Below, piece after piece: positions 18,314 to 24,000 of a DNA stretch of 24,000 nt. Made by a program: the position numbers and the translations under genes. The notes under the pieces are model-generated. The model was not told where the DNA came from. It ran no database searches and was given only the letters and a program-made list of their open reading frames with translations. Location of the stretch: assembly GCA_000719025.1 (NCBI GenBank), contig JODP01000006.1:984430-1008429 (forward strand). The letters are read 5' to 3'. The stretch comes from Kineosporia aurantiaca JCM 3230. Lineage in GTDB: Bacteria > Actinomycetota > Actinomycetes > Actinomycetales > Kineosporiaceae. The stretch's first letter is position 1; every line of letters starts with the position of its first letter.

Positions 18314-18651
18314 TCACCCAAACCGTGAGTCAACCGGCTTGGGGGCAGTCCCATCTATTGCTCGGGATGGCTCACTGACCGCTTGAGACCGCCTATTGCT
18401 TCTCATCGATTGGGGCCGCTGCCGTAGATCTAACGACGTCGTAAATGTCATGCGACCTTCCGCCGGAAAGTTGAGTTCGGTTGGTTCGGGGCACATTACG
18501 CCGTTCCCTGGCAGCCTCCCGCGTGAGTTTTGGGTGGCATACCGGAAAATGGACAATGAATCAAGAGGTTGACTCTTGCATGCCATCGTGTCACTGTCTG
18601 TGCGTGCTGCAAAGCTCGCAAATGGGGCAGTTTCTTGGGAGGGAAAAGAGC

Positions 18652-18978
18652 ATGATGCTTCGTCGCAGGATGGGAATCGCTGCAGCAGTTGCGATGGCTG
18701 GGTTGACGGGGGTTCTGATGCCGACCGTGGCACATGCTTCGGCATCGACTCTTTGGAACTGCACTACAGACTACGACACAGTGGATTATGCCTGGGGTGG
18801 GGCAAGGTGCAGTAACGGCACGGGCCAATTCCGTGTCGTTATCACTTGTTACAACGGGTCGGGGAGTAAGGCCACAACGGGGGGGCCGTGGAGATCTGCA
18901 GGCAAGGTCTGGTCGGACGCCTTCTGCCCAGGATCATCGAATATTGTTCCGCGCGAAACTATCATCCAGTATCGGTAA
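18652..18978 (+). CDS. Small secreted protein, 108 aa, four Cys in the mature part; no family recognised
   Basis: Internal start in track ORF 18481..18978: GGGAGGG (18638-18644) then ATGATG at 18652. Signal peptide MMLRRRMGIAAAVAMAGLTGVLMPTVAHA/SA. The mature region of about 79 aa has Cys in NCTTD, ARCSNG, ITCYNG and AFCPG. Many A/T-ending codons, unlike the core genes. Confidence 0.5.
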   Translation: MMLRRRMGIAAAVAMAGLTGVLMPTVAHASASTLWNCTTDYDTVDYAWGGARCSNGTGQFRVVITCYNGSGSKATTGGPWRSAGKVWSDAFCPGSSNIVPRETIIQYR

Positions 18979-19127
18979 TTACGACACTGTAGCTTCGCCT
19001 GGTTTGCGATGGAAATCGTGACTAGTGGATAGGAACGGTTCAAGATCTCTACCATCCGGCGATGCGAGCGGCCGTGATAGTGAGGGCGCCGGGCTGCTGG
19101 TAGCCCCAGCAGTTCGGCCCCCTTTGG

Positions 19128-19407
19128 CTATCGAAACTTGTCATATTCGAAAGGTTCTCGGCCAAGGTGCTGGCTCGGGTGGGGCAACGTCGGGTACGCC
19201 GGTACCTGCAGGGTGACCGGCTCGCCGATCTTCAGGGTGAGAAGCTCACCGTGGTGGATGATCTCGAGCTCGTCCGCGGGGTTGCGCTCGTGATCGGTGA
19301 GCAGGTACGTGGCCTGCTTGCCGTCCGTCTCCACCCGCAGGCGCAGGCCCTTGTGGGTGATCGTGAAGGCGAGCCGGTCCAGCCCCTCCGGAAGGCGCGG
19401 GGCGAAG
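19128..19407 (-). pseudogene. Orphan 3' fragment (last 92 codons) of a GH65 glycoside phosphorylase gene
   Basis: Reverse translation ...HFAPRLPEGLDRLAFTITHKGLRLRVETDGKQATYLLTDHERNPADELEIIHHGELLTLKIGEPVTLQVPAYPTLPHPSQHLGREPFEYDKFR* parallels the C-terminus of the GH65 gene at 21610-21877. It is abutted at 19407/19408 by IS66-derived sequence. Confidence 0.7.
19209..19407. repeat. Copy 1 of a 199-bp direct repeat (partner 21679-21877)
   Basis: Manual alignment at a constant offset of 2470 nt gives 197/199 identical (differences at 19275 C/T and 19308 C/G). Identity falls to roughly 5-9 of 10 per 10-nt block immediately left of 19209, and homology stops abruptly after 19407. Confidence 0.9.
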
Positions 19408-19925
19408 TGGCTCGTCCAGGTCGGTGAGCTGACCACGCAGCTCCAGGCGCTCATCCTGCGGATGGACAAGGATTCCTCGACCTCCTCGAAACCGCCGTCC
19501 TCCGACCGGCCGTAAACCTGGGAAGCAGGCCGGTTCGGACGGGACAACGCTGCGGCAGGTCGAGATCCCGGACGAGCGGGTCGCCACTCCCGCCCCGGCT
19601 GTGTGCGGCCGCGGAACGGGCCTGGCCGAGCCTTCCGTAGGCGTGGTGCGTCGCCGACAGGTGTTCGACCTGCCACCGGAACCGGAGATGATCGTGACCG
19701 AGTACACCGCCAATCTCAAGGACTGCCCCGGCTGCGGGAAAACCTGTGCTGGGACCGTTTCCGTGGCCGTGAAAGCGCCCACGCAGTACGGCCGGGGGTG
19801 GCCACCGCGGTTGCGGACGTGGTCTTGGGCCATCACGTCCCCATCCACCGCTCCACCCTGCTGATCATGGAACTGCTCGGTGTGCAGGTCTCCACCGGCT
19901 ACGCCGCCGCGATCAGTGGCGTTCT
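19408..19925 (+). pseudogene. IS66-family transposase fragment (N-terminal third only, frameshifted)
   Basis: Spread over three frames: ELTTQLQALILRMDKDSSTSSKPPSSD (IS66 hallmark ..SSKPPSSD); RRRQVFDLPPEPEMIVTEYTANLKDCPGCGKT (zinc-finger region); LLIMELLGVQVSTGYAAAISG. No start region and no DDE domain. Confidence 0.7.
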
Positions 19926-20024
19926 CAAATCTCCTGAGACAATTTCTGCCCGGAGTGTGGTGGGGGCCTCGGAGGTTCGATTGCCGTCGAAAACTGATGG
20001 GCGGCGGGGCGATTTTCGCCTGAC

Positions 20025-20030
20025 TAGTCT
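20025..20030 (+). promoter_or_regulatory. Possible -10 hexamer (TAGTCT) for a leaderless deoA transcript
   Basis: TANNNT-type hexamer ending 6 nt before the A of ATG 20037. No purine-rich SD lies between it and the ATG (agtgcc). Confidence 0.25.
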
Positions 20031-20036
20031 AGTGCC

Positions 20037-21338
20037 ATGACCGAACCCTTCTCCGCCGTCGAAGTCATCGCCGCTAAACGTGACCGCAACCGGCTGACCG
20101 ATGCGCAGATCGACTGGGTGGTGGACGCGTACACCCGCGGCGCGGTGGCCGATGAGCAGATGTCCGCCCTCCTCATGGCGATCCTGCTGAACGGCATGTC
20201 CAGCGCCGAGATCTCGCGCTGGACCGCCGCGATGATCGCCTCGGGTGAGCGGCTGGACTTCAGCGGCCTGTCCCGTCCGACCACCGACAAGCACTCCACC
20301 GGCGGCGTCGGGGACAAGATCACCCTGCCGCTGACCCCGCTGGTCGCGGCCTGTGGGGCGGCGGTGCCGCAGTTGTCCGGGCGGGGGCTGGGGCACACCG
20401 GGGGCACGCTGGACAAGCTGGAGTCGATCCCGGGGTGGCGGGCGGCGCTGAGCAACGATGAGATGACGCGGCAGCTGGCCGAGGTCGGTGGGGTCATCTG
20501 TGCCGCGGGGGAAGGGTTGGCTCCGGCCGACCGGAAAATGTATGCGCTGCGTGATGTTACGGGCACGGTCGAGGCGGTTCCGTTGATTGCCTCCTCGATC
20601 ATGAGCAAGAAGATCGCGGAGGGCACCGGGGCGCTGGTGCTGGACGTGAAGGTCGGTAGCGGCGCGTTCATGAAGACCGAGGAGCAGGCCCGGGTCCTGG
20701 CCCAGACCATGGTTCAGCTCGGGGTGGACGCCGGGGTGAACACGGTGGCCCTGCTGACCGACATGTCCACGCCGCTCGGCCTGACCGCCGGCAACGCCCT
20801 GGAAGTACGCGAGTCGCTGGAGGTGCTGGCCGGGGGAGGCCCGCCGGACGTGGTCGAGCTGACCCTCAACCTGGCCCAGGAGATGCTCGAGGCGGCCGGG
20901 ATTTCCGCGGATCCGGAGCAGGTGCTGAAGGACGGCCGGGCGATGGACTCCTGGCGCCGGATGATCGCTGCGCAGGGCGGTGACCCTTCGGCGGAGTTGC
21001 CGACGGCAAAGCACACGCAACACGTGCTGGCCCCGGCCGACGGAGTGCTGGTGAGCCTGGACGCGATGGCCGTGGGGGTCAGCGCTTGGCGGCTCGGGGC
21101 CGGGCGCTCGCGGAAGGAAGACCCGGTTCAGGCTGCGGCGGGGGTCGAGATGCACGTCAAGCCGGGTGGCGAGGTGCGCGCCGGCGAGCCACTTTTCACG
21201 CTGCACACCGATACCCCGGAGCGCTTCGAATCGGCGGAGGCGGCGCTCGAAGGTGGCTACCAGATCGCCCCCTACGGCGACCGACCCGTGCACAACCCGC
21301 TCATCATCGACCGCATCACCGCCACCCCCTCCTCCTGA
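20037..21338 (+). CDS. deoA: Thymidine / pyrimidine-nucleoside phosphorylase
   Basis: 433 aa. KRDRNRLTDAQIDWVV, LLMAILLNGM, TTDKHSTGGVGDKITLPL, LSGRGLGHTGGTLDKLESIPG and SSIMSKK are hallmark blocks of the family. Confidence 0.95.
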   Translation: MTEPFSAVEVIAAKRDRNRLTDAQIDWVVDAYTRGAVADEQMSALLMAILLNGMSSAEISRWTAAMIASGERLDFSGLSRPTTDKHSTGGVGDKITLPLTPLVAACGAAVPQLSGRGLGHTGGTLDKLESIPGWRAALSNDEMTRQLAEVGGVICAAGEGLAPADRKMYALRDVTGTVEAVPLIASSIMSKKIAEGTGALVLDVKVGSGAFMKTEEQARVLAQTMVQLGVDAGVNTVALLTDMSTPLGLTAGNALEVRESLEVLAGGGPPDVVELTLNLAQEMLEAAGISADPEQVLKDGRAMDSWRRMIAAQGGDPSAELPTAKHTQHVLAPADGVLVSLDAMAVGVSAWRLGAGRSRKEDPVQAAAGVEMHVKPGGEVRAGEPLFTLHTDTPERFESAEAALEGGYQIAPYGDRPVHNPLIIDRITATPSS

Positions 21339-21361
21339 CCCCGCACCCCCACCCCCTCGTC

Positions 21362-21522
21362 GTGATCATGCACTTCCGCCCTCGTGATCATGCACTTTCA
21401 TCTTCGCGATCATGGAGTTTTACCCCCGTGATCATGGAGTAAAACTCCATGATCACCGGGAAAGAAGTCCATGATCACCGGGAAAGAAGTCCATGATCAC
21501 GGGGGAAGAAGTCCATGATCAC
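21362..21522. repeat. Array of eight 9-bp TGATCA-core motifs with 22-bp phasing, four in each orientation, around a perfect 29-bp palindrome
   Basis: GTGATCATG at 21362, 21384 and 21428; GCGATCATG at 21406. The reverse complement CATGATCAC is at 21448, 21470, 21492 and 21514. Start-to-start spacings are 22, 22, 22, 20, 22, 22, 22. Centre gtgatcatggagt-aaa-actccatgatcac (21428-21456) has perfect 13-bp arms. The 22-mers at 21448-21469 and 21470-21491 are identical. Confidence 0.85.
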
Positions 21523-21557
21523 GAAGGTGTGGGGGGTTGAAAAGCTCTTGAAACAAC

Positions 21558-21596
21558 GGACGCCCGCCGGCCCCGAAAAGGGGCTGACGGGCGTCC
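21558..21596. terminator. GC-rich hairpin between convergent deoA and GH65 genes; probable bidirectional terminator
   Basis: ggacgcccgccggcccc / gaaaa / ggggctgacgggcgtcc: 9 bp plus 5 bp of stem around a 3-nt internal mismatch. It ends 13 nt before the GH65 stop codon complement (21610-21612). Confidence 0.55.
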
Positions 21597-21609
21597 ATCA
21601 TTGGAAGAA

Positions 21610-23761
21610 CTAGCGGCGCAACGGCTCCCGGCCGAACGGCTGGCTCGGGCGCGGCAGCGTCGGCGTGGTCGGCACCGCCAGGGTGACCGGCTCGCCGATC
21701 TTCAGGGTGAGAAGCTCACCGTGGTGGATGATCTCGAGCTCGTCTGCGGGGTTGCGCTCGTGATCGGTGAGCAGGTAGGTGGCCTGCTTGCCGTCCGTCT
21801 CCACCCGCAGGCGCAGGCCCTTGTGGGTGATCGTGAAGGCGAGCCGGTCCAGCCCCTCCGGAAGGCGCGGGGCGAAGCCGGACCGTGAGCTTCTCGTAGT
21901 ACGCGAAGTTCGCGGCCTTCTGCTCCGGGGTGAACGCGTCCCCCCGCAGCTGCATGGCCAGCACCAGGTCGGCCTGCTTGACCACCTGCAGCCGGTAGAG
22001 CTGCACGTAGGGCATGGTCAGCAGGAGCGGGTAGTCGGCCTCGGTGAGCGACTCGAAGTCCATCACCGCGTGCCGGGTGAAGCCCTCGGCCTGCGGGTGC
22101 ACGCCCAGCGCCTCGTCGAACGGGATGAACATCGAGTCGGCGCACTGCCGCCAGGCGCTGATCTCCTCCGAGTCCACCCCGAGCTCCTCGGCCTCGGTCT
22201 GGTAGGAGACCGCCGCGGTGGCCGCGGCCCGCAGGTTCCGCTGGGCCATCAGGTTGGTGTAGACGTTGTTGTCGGTGATCGCGCTGTACTCGTCCGGCCC
22301 GGTGACCCCGTCGATCCGGAACCAGCCGTCCCGGTCGAACTGGCCGTAAGAGCGCCACAGGCGGGCGGTCTCGACCAGCAGCGGCAGGCCGATCTCCCGG
22401 TCGAACTCGTCGTCCTCGGTGGCTCCGTGGTAGCGGATCACGGCGTCGGCGATGTCGGCGTTGATGTGGAACGCCGCGGTGCCGGCCGGCCAGTAGCCCG
22501 AGCACTCGTCCCCGTTGATCGTCCGCCACGGGAACGCCGCGCCCTTCAGACCCAGCGTCGCCGCCCGGTCCTTGGCCTTCTGCAGCGTGCTGTGCCGCCA
22601 GCGCAACGCGTCGGCCGCGGCCCGCGGCGCCGTGTGGATCAGCACCGGCAGCACGAAGGTCTCGGTGTCCCAGAAGCAGTGGCCGTCGTAGCCCGGGCCG
22701 GTCAGGCCCTTGGCCGGCACCGGCCGCTGCTCGGCGCGGGCGCCGGCCTGGATGATGTGGAAGAGCGAGAAGCGCACCGCCTGCTGGAGCTCCTCGTCGC
22801 CGTCGACCTCGACGTCGGCGCGGGCCCAGAACTCGTCCAGGTACTGCCGCTGCTCGGCCAGCAGGTCGTCGAAGCCGGTGTGGATGGCCCCGGTCAGCCC
22901 GGCCGCCACCTGGTCGCGCAGGGCGGGCAGGGAGCGCTGCGAGGACCAGCCGTAACTGACGAACTTGATCAGCCGCAGCTTCTGGCCCGGGCGCAGGGTG
23001 GCGGTGACGGTGAGCCGGCCCCAGTCCGGCCGGACGCCCCAGTTGGTGGAGACCTTGACGCCCTCCGGCACCTCGATCACGTGCTCAGCGGCCGCGGCGA
23101 CCCGTCGCCCGCTGTGCCGGGTCTCGTGGACCAGCGTGATCCGGTTGCCGTTGCAGTCGTGCTCCAGGGCCTGCAGCGGATTGTGCATCGCCGCGGCCAC
23201 CCGGGGGTCGACCGAACCGCCTTCGGGTAGCTGCTCGTTGGCGACCAGCTCGGACTGCAGCACCACGCGCGCGGTCTCGTGCACCGGCTCGACCTCGTAG
23301 GCGATCGCCATCACCGAACGGTGGGTGAACGAGACCAGCCGGGTCGAGGTGACGCGCACCGCCTGGTCGGCGGGGGAACGCCACTCCACCTCCCGGCGCA
23401 GCGTGCCCGCCCGCATGTCCAGCACCCGCTCGTGCTTGTCCAGGTGGCCGTAGCGCAGGTCGAAGGGCTCGTCGTCGACCAGCAGGCGGATCAGCTTGCC
23501 GTTGGTGACGTTGATGATGGTCTGGCCCGACTCCGGGTAGCCGTACCCGGCCTCCGCGTAGGGCAGCGGCCGGCGTTCGTACACCGAGTTCAGGTAGGTG
23601 CCCGGAAGACCGTGGGGCTCGCCCTCGTCCAGGTTGCCGCGGATCCCGATGTGCCCGTTGGACAGGGCGAAGACGGACTCGGTGGAGCCCAGGTCGTCCA
23701 GGTTCAGTTCGGTCTCCCGAATGCACCACGGCTCGACGGTGAATGCCGCTCGACGGTTCAT
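21610..23761 (-). pseudogene. GH65-family glycoside hydrolase/phosphorylase (maltose/trehalose/kojibiose-phosphorylase-like) with an internal out-of-frame deletion
   Basis: Track ORF 21716..23761 is GH65-like for 628 codons (ESVFALSNGHIGIRGNLDEGE..., GYDGHCFWDTETFVLP, ...ANFAYYEKLTVR). At about 21877 the expected DSSLS-containing segment is missing. The GH65 C-terminal domain (SGFAPRLPEGLDRLAFTITHKG...PLRR*, to stop 21610-21612) continues in a different frame. The break coincides with the end of the 199-bp repeat. Confidence 0.75.
21679..21877. repeat. Copy 2 of the 199-bp direct repeat (partner 19209-19407)
   Basis: See copy 1. It lies inside the C-terminal-domain coding part of the GH65 pseudogene. 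Confidence 0.9.
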
Positions 23762-24000
23762 GCGCGGGTTCCTATCAGCTCGGCGAGGCCGGTCACCACG
23801 ACGTCCGCCCCGTGGTCCTTCAGGGCGGCCGCGTGGCCCACCCGGTCGACCCCGACAACGATGCCAAAATGCCCGGAACGACCGGCTTCGACGCCGGCGA
23901 TCGCGTCCTCGAACACCGCGGCCTGGGCGGCCTCGACGCCGAGCAGACGGGCTCCCTCGAGGAACGTGTCCGGGGCCGGCTTGCCGTGCAGCCCGGCGGC
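23758..24000 (-). CDS. HAD-superfamily beta-phosphoglucomutase-like hydrolase; C-terminal 80 codons only, 5' part outside window
   Basis: Own reverse translation: [86 protein letters not shown] and FEDAxAGVEAG are HAD motifs III/IV as found in PgmB. The stop overlaps the GH65 start (ATGA, 23758-23761). Confidence 0.8.
   Translation of the reverse strand, partial: AAGLHGKPAPDTFLEGARLLGVEAAQAAVFEDAIAGVEAGRSGHFGIVVGVDRVGHAAALKDHGADVVVTGLAELIGTRA

Larger units (their letters stand above)
17092..18352 (+). mobile_element. Intact IS3-family insertion sequence (1261 bp)
   Basis: 26-bp imperfect terminal IRs: gggactgcccccagcttggttgactc (17092-17117) versus the reverse complement of 18327-18352, gggactgcccccaagccggttgactc (22/26). 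3-bp direct repeat ATC at 17089-17091 and 18353-18355. orfA/orfB organisation with orfB in the -1 frame. Confidence 0.85.
16087..18373 (-). mobile_element. IS5-superfamily (DDE_Tnp_4) insertion sequence, about 1.02 kb natively, interrupted near one end by the IS3 element
   Basis: Candidate terminal IRs are gagcttgtccgagtaa (16087-16102) and the reverse complement of 18358-18373, gagccatcccgagcaa (11/16 match). They are flanked by ACT on both sides (16084-16086 and 18374-18376). Boundaries are tentative because the IR match is modest. Confidence 0.4.

Noticed and set aside
18314-18745. 143-aa minus-strand ORF overlapping the start of the small secreted protein gene and the IS3/IS5 ends.
   Set aside because: It crosses IS terminal repeats, has no RBS or recognisable domain, and conflicts with the better-supported plus-strand ORF, which has an RBS and a signal peptide.
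19094-19112. Small hairpin ctgctgg-tagcc-ccagcag just beyond the orphan GH65 fragment's stop.
   Set aside because: A 7-bp stem without a U-tract on either strand; too weak to annotate as a terminator.
13181-20036. Search for tRNA/tmRNA genes, integrase or recombinase genes, toxin-antitoxin pairs or known defence genes within the island.
   Set aside because: Nothing resembling a cloverleaf, a tyrosine or serine recombinase, or defence-system domains was seen in any frame. Every sizeable ORF resolves to transposase-derived sequence apart from the small secreted protein.
21362-21522. Could the regularly spaced repeat array be a CRISPR array?
   Set aside because: The repeats are only 9 bp with about 13-bp 'spacers'. 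Spacers are related to each other, the array switches orientation in the middle, and no cas genes are nearby.

Overview
High-GC (about 70% by eye) actinobacterial chromosomal DNA. All family calls come from reading the supplied translations and my own translations of regions missing from the ORF track; no searches were run. ORF-track coordinates include the stop codon.

Layout:
(a) 1-7400: housekeeping and cell-envelope genes. These are a partial DD-carboxypeptidase, a GT4 glycosyltransferase divergent from mannose-1-phosphate guanylyltransferase, a tightly packed UbiG-like O-methyltransferase / type III polyketide synthase / M20 amidohydrolase run, and a membrane protein.
(b) 7528-13180: a nucleoside-salvage operon. 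It holds a BMP-family lipoprotein, a double-ATPase ABC protein, two permeases and cytidine deaminase.
(c) 13181-20036: a 6.9-kb insertion-sequence 'graveyard' wedged between cdd and deoA, which are normally adjacent. It contains pieces of at least seven transposase lineages: ISAs1, two IS256-type, IS30, an IS5/DDE_Tnp_4 element, an intact IS3 nested inside that element, and IS66. It also carries a low-GC cargo stretch encoding a small secreted 4-Cys protein and a stray GH65 3' fragment.
(d) 20037-24000: deoA, an unusual 22-bp-phased foldback array of eight TGATCA-core motifs, a bidirectional terminator, a GH65 phosphorylase gene broken by an internal out-of-frame deletion, and the 3' end of its beta-phosphoglucomutase partner.

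A 199-bp, 197/199-identical direct repeat brackets deoA. It ends on the same nucleotide as both the GH65 deletion junction and the IS66 junction.

No rRNA, tRNA, CRISPR array or recognisable defence system was seen. The most unexplained structure is the TGATCA array at 21345-21538.
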